NCBI GenBank assembly: GCA_035540475.1 | Contig: DATLGK010000001.1 | Coordinates: 3,989 to 67,988 of the forward strand | Reading direction: 5' to 3' | Length of the DNA stretch: 64,000 nucleotides | Source: Sphingomicrobium sp. | GTDB taxonomy: Bacteria > Pseudomonadota > Alphaproteobacteria > Sphingomonadales > Sphingomonadaceae | Part shown: in pieces, positions 39,694 to 49,231 of the stretch | Numbering within the stretch: the stretch's first letter is position 1 | Layout of the letters: the number at the start of each line of letters is the position of its first letter | Program-made: the position numbers and the translations under genes | Notes under the pieces: model-generated | What the model saw: the letters and a program-made list of their open reading frames with translations, nothing else | Databases searched by the model: none | What the model was told of the DNA's origin: nothing

Positions 39694-41301
39694 TTACGCT
39701 ACCGTTGCGTCGAAAGCGCGGGGTGCGTTCGGATAGGCATCCAGCACAGGCCCCAGCGCGGCTCTCAACGGTTCCAGGTGCGATTCATAGGCGCGCCATT
39801 CCTCGGCGGCCTCGGCGTAGATCGGCCGCCGCACCTGCTCCGAACTCGGGGTCCGGATCGCGCGCTCGGTCTTGTAGAACTCGAGCACCTGCGGCTCGAA
39901 TTCCAAACCGCAATAGTCGAGCAAGCGCCGAATCTCGGCTTCGCTATCTTCCACCATCCGCTCATAGATCACGCGGTGAACGCGGCCCGGCAGCACCGCG
40001 TCGACATGCGCCATCAGCCGCACATAATCGGTATAATAGCGCCCCAGATGCGCGAGATCGTAGGTGAAGGCCTGGCCGCGCGCGAAATGCTGCCGGAAGT
40101 TCGACAGGCAGCAGCCGAGCGGGTGCCGGCGGGCATCGATGATCTTCGCATTGGGCACGATCAGCTGGATGAAGGGCACGAACAGCCAGTTGTTGGGCAG
40201 CTTGTCGATGAAATAGGGACGCGCCGTGCGGCGCTGGACCCCGGCGCGCTTCAAATATTCCTCGCCGAGTGCCTCGCGGTCCGCCGCGGACGCCGCGAGA
40301 ATGCCGTCCGGGTACGCCCCCGGCTTGCGCGCCAGCACCGGGATGTCGGGCAATTCCGATGTCCCTTCGACCTGGCTGTGGGAAGAGAGGATCTGCTCGA
40401 TCAGTGTCGAGCCCGAGCGCGGCAGGCCGACCACAAAGATCGGATCGCTTGACGGGCATCCTCCCGGTCGATCGGCAAAGGCCTGCGCGGTGAAGGCGGA
40501 AATGGAGCGATCGACCACTGCCGAGACGTCGCCCGGCCGGTAAGGCTGCGCTTTCAGCCGAAGGGCATTGGCCCGCGCGTAGCAGTCGAACGCCTCGTCG
40601 AAGCGGCCCCGGTCGTGCATCGCCTTGCCGAGCGCGAAGTCGATGTGCAGCCTGTCCTCATCGGGCAGGTCGCTGCGTTCGAGCGCGCTGCGCATCGCGG
40701 CAATGTCCGCTTCGTCGAACTCGATGGTCTTGAGGTTGGCGAGGCTCCACCACGCCTCGCCCAGCACCGGACGGATTTTGATTGCGCGCCGATAGGCAGC
40801 AATGCCTTCGGCGAGCCGACCGACCGTCTTCAGCATGTGGCCGTAGCTCAGCCAGACTCGCGGCTGGTTCGGGGCGGCAGCGAGCACCGCTTCATACATC
40901 TGGATCGCTTCGTCGAAATCGCCCAGCCGGCCGAGCGTCGCGGCCTTGAGGTTCCAGTGCCCGATATCGTCCGGCTCGGCCTCGAACACGTCCCCTAGCA
41001 ATTCCATCGCCTCGGCCGGGCGGCCCATTCTTCCCAGCACCAGTGCAAGGTTGGCTTTGGCCGCGGCCCAGGCCGGGGCAAGCTCGACAGCGCGCCTCAG
41101 CAGATTCTCGGCATCGCGCCAGCGACCGATCCGTGCCGCAAGCTCTGCCAGCATCCGGATCGCCCTGGCGTCGAACGGATCTTCCTTGAGATAGGGCTTG
41201 AGGATGCGCTCGGCGACATCGAGGCGATTGTCGTTAAGCGCCATCGCCGCCTCGATCAGGCGCGGGTCCCAGTGGCCGTGATCGGTCGTGTGCGTTGCCA
41301 C
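39694..41301 (-). CDS. TPR-repeat sulfotransferase
   Basis: N-terminal TPRs; 5'-PSB FVVGLPRSGSTL, DKLPNN, 3'-PB RRHPLGCCLS, YERMV, TPSSEQVRRPI. Confidence 0.9.
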   Translation of the reverse strand: MATHTTDHGHWDPRLIEAAMALNDNRLDVAERILKPYLKEDPFDARAIRMLAELAARIGRWRDAENLLRRAVELAPAWAAAKANLALVLGRMGRPAEAMELLGDVFEAEPDDIGHWNLKAATLGRLGDFDEAIQMYEAVLAAAPNQPRVWLSYGHMLKTVGRLAEGIAAYRRAIKIRPVLGEAWWSLANLKTIEFDEADIAAMRSALERSDLPDEDRLHIDFALGKAMHDRGRFDEAFDCYARANALRLKAQPYRPGDVSAVVDRSISAFTAQAFADRPGGCPSSDPIFVVGLPRSGSTLIEQILSSHSQVEGTSELPDIPVLARKPGAYPDGILAASAADREALGEEYLKRAGVQRRTARPYFIDKLPNNWLFVPFIQLIVPNAKIIDARRHPLGCCLSNFRQHFARGQAFTYDLAHLGRYYTDYVRLMAHVDAVLPGRVHRVIYERMVEDSEAEIRRLLDYCGLEFEPQVLEFYKTERAIRTPSSEQVRRPIYAEAAEEWRAYESHLEPLRAALGPVLDAYPNAPRAFDATVA

Positions 41302-41347
41302 GGAGCGACCGTAGCGCGCGCCGGCCGTCGCCGCTATGCGCCTCGGC

Positions 41348-41797
41348 ATGATCTATTTCGAAGATTTGGAGGTCGGCGCCGAAAGCCATTTTGGCTCCTA
41401 TGCCGTCACCCGCGAGGAAGTCCTGGATTTCGCGCGCAAATATGACCCCCAGCCCTTCCACCTGTCCGACGAGGAAGCGGCCAAGACCCATTTCGGCCGA
41501 ATTGCCGCGAGCGGATGGCATACGTGCGCAATGACCATGGCCGTGGTTGCCCGCTACGCCGTGGATCACCGCCAGGCGGGGCTCGGCTCTCCCGGCATCG
41601 ACGAGCTGCGCTGGAAGAAGCCGGTCTATCCCGGCGACACGCTCCACGTGAGCGGCAAGATTATCGAGAAGACGCCTTCGCGCAGCCGTCCCGAGATCGG
41701 CTCATTTCGAACGCACATGACCGTCGCCAACCAGGACGGCGAAACGGTCATGAGCTTTACATCGATCGTCCTGATCCGGCGTCGGCCGGACAGCTGA
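41348..41797 (+). CDS. MaoC-family dehydratase
   Basis: YFEDL, YDPQPFH, ASGWHT, PVYPGDTL. Confidence 0.9.
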   Translation: MIYFEDLEVGAESHFGSYAVTREEVLDFARKYDPQPFHLSDEEAAKTHFGRIAASGWHTCAMTMAVVARYAVDHRQAGLGSPGIDELRWKKPVYPGDTLHVSGKIIEKTPSRSRPEIGSFRTHMTVANQDGETVMSFTSIVLIRRRPDS

Positions 41798-41804
41798 TAG
41801 CCGT

Positions 41805-42143
41805 TCAGTAGCGCCGGCCGTAATAGCCATAATAGCCCGGATAATAGCTATTGTAGCAGCGCGAATACGGATCCGCGTAGCCATAGCCGTAGCCCGGATA
41901 GGCATAACGGCTGCCGCTGCCGATCGAGATCGAAATGCCGGAGCCCGAGCCGTAGCGGCCATAATTCGAACCGTAGCCGTAGCCGTAGCCGCAATAAGGG
42001 TCCGAATAGCGGCTGTCGTAGGCGCTGCCGTAATAGCCGTAAGGACCGTAGCCGGCGCCAGTGCCGACGCCCAGGCCGACGCCGGCGCAGCCGCCGAGCG
42101 CGAGCCCGCCTGCGGCGATCAGGGAAATGAAGGGGATACGCAT
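41805..42143 (-). CDS. Tyr/Gly-rich small lipoprotein
   Basis: Lipobox LGGC; about 26 Tyr in a mature chain of about 94 aa. Confidence 0.8.
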   Translation of the reverse strand: MRIPFISLIAAGGLALGGCAGVGLGVGTGAGYGPYGYYGSAYDSRYSDPYCGYGYGYGSNYGRYGSGSGISISIGSGSRYAYPGYGYGYADPYSRCYNSYYPGYYGYYGRRY

Positions 42144-42175
42144 GTCACACCTGCCGTACAAAGGGACAGGCCGAC

Positions 42176-42200
42176 AACGTTCCGCAATTACCCTCGTTCC
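42176..42200 (-). promoter_or_regulatory. EcfG/SigT (general stress response) promoter
   Basis: Exact GGAAC-N16-CGTT on the minus strand, 32 nt upstream of the lipoprotein ATG. Confidence 0.75.
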
Positions 42201-42220
42201 TGCAAAGCCTTAGCCGGGGC

Positions 42221-43144
42221 TTAGCCGGCGACGCCGCTCTTCGCCTTGGCGCGGCGGTTCTTCGCCTGATTGGCTGGGTCGAGCACGCCCGTGACCCGCA
42301 CCTTGCGCTTCGCCTCCTGCCAGATCTGCCGATAGGCGAGATAGCCAAGGATGGTCGCGATCAGCAGGAAGATTGCCACTGCGAGCCCCGCGGCACGCCG
42401 GCTCTCGAGCTTGGGCTCCGCCGTCCACTCGAGGAATGCCGACACATCCTTCGCCATCTGGTCGATGGTTGCCGGCCTTCCGTCGGCGTAGGTCACCTGA
42501 CCGTTGGCGGTGAGCGGCGGCGGCATGGCGAGGTTGAGGTTGGGGAAATAGGGGTTGTAATACAGTCCTTCGGGGGTTTTCGCGTCCGGGAACTTGTGCA
42601 CCAACTCGGCCGGCTGGTTCTGGTAGCCGGTCAGCAGCGAATAGGTGTAGGCGGCGCCGCCCTCGCGCGCCTTGGCGATCAGGGACAGGTCAGGCGGGAA
42701 CGCATTGTTGTTGGCGGCGCGGGCGGCGACCTCGTTCGGGAACGGATCCGGGAAGCGATCAGACGGCAACGCCGGGCGCGTCGCCGCCTCACCCGTGTCC
42801 GGGTTGATCGAGGGAACCTCGGTCTTCCAGTCGGCCGCGATCTTCTTGATCTCCGCCTCGTTGTAGCCGAGTGCCTTGAGGTCGCGGAAGGCGACCAGGT
42901 TGAGCCCGTGGCACGCCGCGCAGACCTCCGCATAGACCTGGAAGCCGCGCTGCAGCTGACGCGTGTCGAACTTCCCGAAGGGCCCGTCGCTGGCGAGCTT
43001 GAGCGGCTTGGCATGCTCGTGGAATTCTTCCGCCGCCGTCGCTTCCGGCGGGCTGGCGAAATAGGTCGCGGCATTGCTGACCAGCGAGATGAGCAGGACT
43101 CCGGCGAAGACCAGCCCGACCAAGAAACCGATTACACGGACCAT
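42221..43144 (-). CDS. petC: Cytochrome c1
   Basis: QLQRGFQVY, heme motif CAACH, PPDLSL, MPPP, C-terminal TM. Confidence 0.96.
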   Translation of the reverse strand: MVRVIGFLVGLVFAGVLLISLVSNAATYFASPPEATAAEEFHEHAKPLKLASDGPFGKFDTRQLQRGFQVYAEVCAACHGLNLVAFRDLKALGYNEAEIKKIAADWKTEVPSINPDTGEAATRPALPSDRFPDPFPNEVAARAANNNAFPPDLSLIAKAREGGAAYTYSLLTGYQNQPAELVHKFPDAKTPEGLYYNPYFPNLNLAMPPPLTANGQVTYADGRPATIDQMAKDVSAFLEWTAEPKLESRRAAGLAVAIFLLIATILGYLAYRQIWQEAKRKVRVTGVLDPANQAKNRRAKAKSGVAG

Positions 43145-43160
43145 CTGTCCCCAAGCCCCC

Positions 43161-44480
43161 TTATTCGGCCGCAGCCGTGGCGACGGAGCCGCCGCGCTTT
43201 TTCTTGCTTCCCACCGGTGCCGCCTCCGCTTCCTCGCCATGCAGGACGCTCTCCGAGATCGAGCTCGGCAGCGGCAGCGGCGTTTCAAAGCGCGAAACGA
43301 GCGGGAGGATCACGAGGAAGTGCAGGAAATAATAAGCCGAAGCGATCTGGCTGACCGCGATCCAGAACGGCGTCGCATGCGATCCTCCGGCCCAGCCGAG
43401 GATGACGACGTCGGCGACCAGCAGCCAGAAGAAGCGCTTGAACAATGGACGATAGGAGCCCGAGCGGACCGGCGACTTGTCGAGCCACGGCAGGAAGAAG
43501 AGGAGCAGGATCGACAGGAACATCGCCAGCACGCCCCACAGCTTCGCCGGCAGGATGAAGTCGACCGTGAAGGCGCGCAAAATCGCGTAGAACGGCCAGA
43601 AATACCATTCGGGAACGATGTGCGCGGGCGTCGCCAGCGGATCGGCCGGGATGTAGTTGTCCGGGTGCCCGAGATAGTTGGGGGCGAAATAGGTGACGAT
43701 CGCGTAGAGCAGAAGGAAGGCGCCGGCGAACCAGCCATCCTTGGCGGTATAGAAGGGATGGAAGGGTAGCGTGTCCCGCTCCTCCTTGACGTCGACCCCC
43801 GTGGGATTGCCCGAGCCTGGAATGTGCAGCGCCCAAATGTGCAGGATCACGACCGCCGCGATGATGAACGGCAGGAGGTAATGCAGCGAGAAGAAGCGCG
43901 TGAGCGCGGCCTGGTCAGGCGCGTATCCGCCGAGCAGCCACACCCGCAGCGGCTCTCCGACCAGCGGGAAGGCGGAGAAGAAGCCGGTGATGACCTGCGC
44001 GCCCCAATAGCTCATCTGGCCCCAGGGCAACACGTAGCCCATGAAGGCCGTGGCCATCATCAGCAGGTAGATGACGAGGCCGAGCATCCACACCAGCTCG
44101 CGCGGCGCCTTGTAGCTGCCGTAGTAGAGGCTGCGGAAAATGTGCAGATAGACGACGATGAAGAAGAAGCTTGCGCCGTTCATGTGGGCATAGCGGATCA
44201 GCCAGCCCGCATTGACGTCGCGCATGATGTGCTCGACCGAATTGAAGGCGCCGTCGACCGAGGCGGTGTAATGCATCGCAAGGACGATGCCGGTCACGAT
44301 CTGGATGGTCAGGAAAATCCCGGCAAGGACGCCGAAATTCCACCAGTAATTGAGGTTGCGCGGGACCGGATAGCCACCGCCGATCGCGCCATAGACCACG
44401 CGCGGCAAGGGCAGCCGCTCGTCGATCCAGCGCATCAGCGGGTGCTTGGGTTCGTAGGGCTTTGCCCAGGAAAAGCTCAT
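43161..44480 (-). CDS. petB: Cytochrome b
   Basis: [22 protein letters not shown]. Confidence 0.98.
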   Translation of the reverse strand: MSFSWAKPYEPKHPLMRWIDERLPLPRVVYGAIGGGYPVPRNLNYWWNFGVLAGIFLTIQIVTGIVLAMHYTASVDGAFNSVEHIMRDVNAGWLIRYAHMNGASFFFIVVYLHIFRSLYYGSYKAPRELVWMLGLVIYLLMMATAFMGYVLPWGQMSYWGAQVITGFFSAFPLVGEPLRVWLLGGYAPDQAALTRFFSLHYLLPFIIAAVVILHIWALHIPGSGNPTGVDVKEERDTLPFHPFYTAKDGWFAGAFLLLYAIVTYFAPNYLGHPDNYIPADPLATPAHIVPEWYFWPFYAILRAFTVDFILPAKLWGVLAMFLSILLLFFLPWLDKSPVRSGSYRPLFKRFFWLLVADVVILGWAGGSHATPFWIAVSQIASAYYFLHFLVILPLVSRFETPLPLPSSISESVLHGEEAEAAPVGSKKKRGGSVATAAAE

Positions 44481-44494
44481 CTGTGTGTAGCCCC

Positions 44495-45085
44495 TCAGCC
44501 GATCTTGACCGTCGTGTCGGACGTAAACTCATAATCCGGCACGACCAGGTTGGTCGGCGCCGGACCCGTCCTGATGCGCGCCGCGGTGTCGTAGGCCGAG
44601 CCGTGGCACGGGCAGAAATAGCCGCCGTACGGCCCCTTGTTCTCGCCTTCCCCGATGCCGAGCGGAACGCAGCCCAGGTGCGTGCATACGCCGAGCGTGA
44701 TCAGCCAGTTCATCTTGCCCGGCTTGGTCCGCTGCGCGAGCGATTCAGGATCGCGCAGGTCCGACATAGCGACCGCGTTCGCCTCGGCGATTTCCTTCGG
44801 CGTCAGGTTGCGGATGAACACCGGCTGCTTGCGCCACACAGCCTTGATGCCCTGGCCGGGCTGAATCTTAGAGATATCGACCTCGGTCGTGGCCAAGGCC
44901 AGCACGTCGGCCGACGGGGCCATCTGGACGAACAAAGGCGCCAGCGCGACCACGCCGCCGACGCCGGCAAAGCTGACCGCCGCAACATTGAGAAAGTCGC
45001 GGCGCCGTACGCCTTCTTCCCCCGTTGAGCCGCCCGAATCTGTGGTTGCAGGAACCTCGGCGGATTGTGCCCTGGTGGCCATCAT
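44495..45085 (-). CDS. petA: Rieske iron-sulfur subunit
   Basis: RRRDFL Tat signal, CTHLGC, CPCHGS. Confidence 0.98.
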   Translation of the reverse strand: MMATRAQSAEVPATTDSGGSTGEEGVRRRDFLNVAAVSFAGVGGVVALAPLFVQMAPSADVLALATTEVDISKIQPGQGIKAVWRKQPVFIRNLTPKEIAEANAVAMSDLRDPESLAQRTKPGKMNWLITLGVCTHLGCVPLGIGEGENKGPYGGYFCPCHGSAYDTAARIRTGPAPTNLVVPDYEFTSDTTVKIG

Positions 45086-45236
45086 ACCCCTTTATGACGC
45101 TTGCTGCTGTCAGTGCCGGACCGGCACATAAGCGACGCCGCCCCGGCTTTCCGCCGATGCGATTGGCGCGCCTGATAGCGACGGGTTCAGGCTCTGTGAA
45201 GGGGCCGATTTACGGGGCTGGTGCGGGCACCGAATG

Positions 45237-45407
45237 TCAGCGGCGCTGGCCGGGTTCGGCCTCGCTGCCGACAGGCTGATTGCTGTTTGCCGCAAGCTTC
45301 GCGCGGCACGAGCGAAGCAGGAACTGACAGCGCTCGAGCCCCTTGGTGAGGTCGTCGCTCAGCCGCTCGATCTCCACCGGCTTCGTCGTATCCTGTTGGT
45401 TACTCAT
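45237..45407 (-). CDS. Small hypothetical protein (56 aa)
   Basis: Below the ORF-track cutoff: MSNQQDTTKPVEIERLSDDLTKGLERCQFLLRSCRAKLAANSNQ...; preceded by an EcfG-like promoter. Confidence 0.55.
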   Translation of the reverse strand: MSNQQDTTKPVEIERLSDDLTKGLERCQFLLRSCRAKLAANSNQPVGSEAEPGQRR

Positions 45408-45438
45408 AAAAATCACGGTTCTCTGGGTTTGCCGCGTT

Positions 45439-45464
45439 AACTCATGTTACAAGGACCGGGTTCC
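45439..45464 (-). promoter_or_regulatory. Putative EcfG/SigT promoter
   Basis: GGAAC-N17-AGTT, 31 nt upstream of ATG 45407. Confidence 0.5.
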
Positions 45465-45480
45465 ACCGAACACGCAGATT

Positions 45481-45768
45481 CTACCGGCCGTAACGGATTT
45501 CCATGTAGATCAGCACCCCGATGTGGACGGTCATCAGGGCGATCAGGACCGCGGCTACAAGCTTGCTCGCGCCGATGAAATAGGTGGCGAGGGCGAGCAG
45601 CACCGCTGCAGCGACCGCAATTCGCGATATCCACAGCAGAACTGGCGCCGGGTTGGCGAGCCAGAACCAGAGCACGCCCTCGAGGTGGCGAAAGCGGAAA
45701 TCGACATAGCTGTAGTGCACGAGAAGGATGGCAACGACGATCCCGAGCGCAATCAAAAGCGAATTCAT
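45481..45768 (-). CDS. Small 3-TM hypothetical membrane protein
   Basis: Three hydrophobic helices in 95 aa. Confidence 0.6.
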   Translation of the reverse strand: MNSLLIALGIVVAILLVHYSYVDFRFRHLEGVLWFWLANPAPVLLWISRIAVAAAVLLALATYFIGASKLVAAVLIALMTVHIGVLIYMEIRYGR

Positions 45769-46294
45769 TGGAGCTCAACTGGCATGGCGGGCCGCGCTGT
45801 GCAACGCCTCGCGCTCCACCGAGACGACTGTCCCGAAGCGGAACGACGCCTTTTGCGATGTGGACTTGCGGGCGGCGATGTGACTCTCCCGAAGACGGCA
45901 ATATCGCCCTGTAGGAGCGTCTCATGTCGAAAGCTCGGTTCGACACAACCAATTCGGCCCAAGCCGACACCCGTCACCTCATCGCTCTTCTCAATGAAGC
46001 TCTCGAGATTGTCGACACGCTTGGCCGGCCCGAGATCGGCGCACGGCTGCAGCATGTCATCGATTCCGTGACGGATCTGCGGCGCGACGTCGCCGCCTGA
46101 TCGGCGGCCATTTCGCGTTCCGGACAACCCCGCGCCCCCGGAGCGGTGAAATATTCGCCGCCCCCCTGACTCCGCGCGGCACCTAAGCAATCTGATCACC
46201 CAAGCTCGAATCGGTCGGCTGCAGCCTGGCGCCCCGCCGGGGTGCCCGGTCTCGTTCCGAGCGCCGCGAAATTTCGAAACGGGACTGAACGAAA

Positions 46295-47707
46295 ATGGCC
46301 ACGAACGCTGGAAGCATCGTCAAGCGCATCAAGGACGAGGAGATCGAATGGGTCGATCTCCGCTTCACCGACCCCAAGGGCAAGTGGCAGCATTTGACCA
46401 TGGCATCCGGCGTCGTCGACGAGGACAACTTGAGCGACGGGTTCATGTTCGACGGCAGCTCGATCGCCGGATGGAAGGCGATCAACGAGAGCGACATGAT
46501 TTTGAAGCCGGACCTCGAGGCGGCCTATGTCGACCCGTTCAGTGCCACACCGATGCTGGTCCTGTTCTGCAACGTCGTCGAACCCTCCACAGGCGAGCTC
46601 TACGGCCGCGACCCACGTTCGACCGCGACCCGCGCCGAAGCCTATCTGAAGCAGACCGCCATCGGCGACACCGTGTTCGTCGGCCCTGAGGCCGAATTCT
46701 TCATGTTCGACGACGTGCGGTTCGAGGACAGCTATCACACCAGCTACTACCGGATCGACGACATCGAGCTGCCGACCAACACCGGCCGCGAATATGAAGG
46801 CGGCAACCTTGCCCACCGGCCGCGGGCCAAGGGCGGCTATTTTCCGGTCGCCCCGGTCGACAGCGCGATGGACATCCGTGCCGAGATGGTTTCGACCATG
46901 CTCGAGATGGGCCTGCCGATGGACAAGCACCATCACGAGGTCGCCGCTGCCCAGCACGAGCTCGGCCTGACCTACGGCGGCCTGGTCGAGACCGCCGACC
47001 GCATGCAGATCTACAAATATGTCGTGCACATGGTCGCTCACGCGTACGGCAAGACGGCGACCTTCATGCCCAAGCCGATCGCGCAGGATAATGGCTCGGG
47101 CATGCACACCCACATGTCGATCTGGAAGGGCGGCAAGCCGCTCTTCGCCGGGAACGGCTATGCTGGCCTGTCCGAAACCGCGCTCTATTTCATCGGCGGG
47201 GTGATCAAGCACGCCCGCGCCCTCAACGCCTTCACCAACCCGACTACCAACAGCTACAAGAGGCTGGTGCCGGGGTTCGAGGCTCCCGTGCTGCTCGCTT
47301 ACTCGAGCCGCAACCGCTCCGCTTCCTGCCGCATCCCGTACGGCGCCGGCGACAAGGCGAAGCGCGTCGAATTCCGCTTCCCCGACGCGATGGCCAACCC
47401 CTACCTCGCCTACGCGGCGATCATGATGGCCGGCCTCGACGGGATCCAGAACCGAATCCATCCGGGTGACCCGATGGACAAGAACCTCTATGACCTGCCG
47501 CCGCAGGAGCTGGTCAACGTACCGACGGTGTGCGGCTCGCTGCGCGAGGCGCTGGTCAGTCTGTCGAACGACCGCGCCTTCCTCACTCGCGGCGACGTCT
47601 TCAGCGACGATCAAATTGACGCTTATGTCGAACTGAAATGGGAAGAGGTCATGCGCTGGGAAACCACGCCGAGCCCGGTTGAATTCGACATGTATTATTC
47701 TTCTTAA
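46295..47707 (+). CDS. glnA: Glutamine synthetase type I
   Basis: FDGSSI, HHEVA, TFMPKP..DNGSGMH, RNRSA, adenylylation site NLYDLP. Confidence 0.98.
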   Translation: MATNAGSIVKRIKDEEIEWVDLRFTDPKGKWQHLTMASGVVDEDNLSDGFMFDGSSIAGWKAINESDMILKPDLEAAYVDPFSATPMLVLFCNVVEPSTGELYGRDPRSTATRAEAYLKQTAIGDTVFVGPEAEFFMFDDVRFEDSYHTSYYRIDDIELPTNTGREYEGGNLAHRPRAKGGYFPVAPVDSAMDIRAEMVSTMLEMGLPMDKHHHEVAAAQHELGLTYGGLVETADRMQIYKYVVHMVAHAYGKTATFMPKPIAQDNGSGMHTHMSIWKGGKPLFAGNGYAGLSETALYFIGGVIKHARALNAFTNPTTNSYKRLVPGFEAPVLLAYSSRNRSASCRIPYGAGDKAKRVEFRFPDAMANPYLAYAAIMMAGLDGIQNRIHPGDPMDKNLYDLPPQELVNVPTVCGSLREALVSLSNDRAFLTRGDVFSDDQIDAYVELKWEEVMRWETTPSPVEFDMYYSS

Positions 47708-47735
47708 ATTTGGAGTAACCTGCTCCTTTCGGGAC

Positions 47736-47781
47736 GCCGGTGGAGGGAAACCCTCCCACCTTCCCTTTTCTCTCCACCGGC
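47736..47781. terminator. Hairpin/terminator between convergent glnA and the membrane gene
   Basis: GCCGGTGGAGGGAAA / TTTCTCTCCACCGGC 15-bp stem. Confidence 0.6.
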
Positions 47782-47782
47782 A

Positions 47783-49231
47783 TCATCGGGCAGCGGCATT
47801 TTCCTCGCGGACATAGATTGCGCCGACCGGATCTTGCGCAATCCTCCGCCAATTCGCCGAGTTCGACAGCAACCCGTCGAGCCCCGCCGATTCACTCGAC
47901 ACGATCGCCCAGCGGATGTCCCAGCGTTCGACCGCGGCCTCGAACGCCGCGCGGTCGCCGCGCGAGATCCGGGCATAATCGTGGACGAAGGCATCGCCGT
48001 ACATGTCCGCGCGGCCGTCGATGAACGGGCGAATTCCAGACAGGATCAGCGGTCCCCCCATCGAATAGCTGTTGAGCACCGGCAGGCCGCGGAGGTGCGC
48101 GGGGACTGCGGCGATCAGCTTCCAGGGGTTGGCCCCGTTTTCCGGCGGCGCGAGCGGCATCAGTGCGCGAGCCGCGAGCAGCATAAGAGCGCCCCCCGCC
48201 AGGAACGCCGGCAGCTTGCGCTCGACTGCGGCGGGATGCACGGCCCCGCGCGCAAACCCCTGCGATAGAACCAGTGCCGCAACGATCGCGAACATCGCCT
48301 GATGGCGCACCTGATACAGCGCCATCGCCAGAAGACCCGCTAGGAACAGCCAGCGCACCCACGGCAGGCGCGGCCGCTTCCACAGAATGAGCGCGGCGAC
48401 CAGCGCAAGCATTCCGAAGAAGAATGGCGTGACCGCAGGGTTCGACGGCTTCCACTCGTCGACCAGGGGCAGGATCGACTGGTTCGCGAGGTAGAAGGGG
48501 TGCGCGAGCCCGGCGGGACCGTTGGCATTGACCAAACTCGCGGCAAGACAGGCCAGGCCGAACACCAGCCATTGCCGAAGCGCCTTCAGCCGGTCGCGGG
48601 AGTCGACCAAGGCTTCAAGGCCGAACGCGCCGGCGATCACGAAGGCAATCACGAAGCTGCCGTGAAGGTTCGCCCACAGCGTCAGCAGCAATGCGGCAGC
48701 GAGCGACGGGGCGCGGTCCCGCTCGCGCGCCCGAAGCATCAGCAGAGTCCACAGCGCGAGCAGCGGCCAGGTCAGGACATGCGGTCGGGCAAGCAGCATC
48801 GGCACCAGGACGATGTCCATGGCGACGATTGGCAGCAGCGGCGGGACAAAGCGGCGGGTGTGGAAATAGACGAGAGCGTGCAGCGCCATCAGCGCGGCGG
48901 TGACGACCGCCGCAACCCCGCCGTAGCCGGCGAGCCGATAGGCTGAGGCATAAATGACCTCCGACAGCCATTCGATCGGCACCCACGGCTTGCCAGCGGC
49001 AGTGAAGGAGAAGGGATCGACCGCGGGAATGGCGCGGTGGTCGAGAATCCACAGTCCGGTCGCGATGTGCCAGCTGACGTCGCCGTCGTTGAAGATCGTC
49101 AGCGAGCTGCCGAGGACCGCAGGGAGCAGCAGCACCGCGATGAAGGCGGCAATCAGGCCCCGGGCGCCGACTTCGGACTCGCGGCGCGACCCCGCCGCGC
49201 GCACTTCGGAATCAGCCACGGCGCCCGGCAA
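47783..49231 (-). CDS. Polytopic membrane protein, probable GT-C glycosyltransferase
   Basis: DGDVSWH acidic motif after TM1, DPFSFT, EWLSE, ARPH, LWANLHGSF, FIDGRADMYG. Confidence 0.7.
   Translation of the reverse strand: MPGAVADSEVRAAGSRRESEVGARGLIAAFIAVLLLPAVLGSSLTIFNDGDVSWHIATGLWILDHRAIPAVDPFSFTAAGKPWVPIEWLSEVIYASAYRLAGYGGVAAVVTAALMALHALVYFHTRRFVPPLLPIVAMDIVLVPMLLARPHVLTWPLLALWTLLMLRARERDRAPSLAAALLLTLWANLHGSFVIAFVIAGAFGLEALVDSRDRLKALRQWLVFGLACLAASLVNANGPAGLAHPFYLANQSILPLVDEWKPSNPAVTPFFFGMLALVAALILWKRPRLPWVRWLFLAGLLAMALYQVRHQAMFAIVAALVLSQGFARGAVHPAAVERKLPAFLAGGALMLLAARALMPLAPPENGANPWKLIAAVPAHLRGLPVLNSYSMGGPLILSGIRPFIDGRADMYGDAFVHDYARISRGDRAAFEAAVERWDIRWAIVSSESAGLDGLLSNSANWRRIAQDPVGAIYVREENAAAR

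Noticed and set aside
41810-42060. TAGCCG-type short repeats resembling an array or VNTR
   Set aside because: They are explained by Gly-Tyr codons of the lipoprotein. There is no constant repeat with unique spacers and no cas genes, so this is not CRISPR.
46176-46192. CGGCAC..AAGC as a sigma54 promoter for glnA
   Set aside because: The GG-to-GC spacing is 7 nt instead of the required 10.
45343-46199. ORFs 45343-46071(+), 45437-45970(-) and 45765-46199(-)
   Set aside because: They overlap one another, have no RBS or motifs, and have atypical composition, so they cannot be supported as genes.
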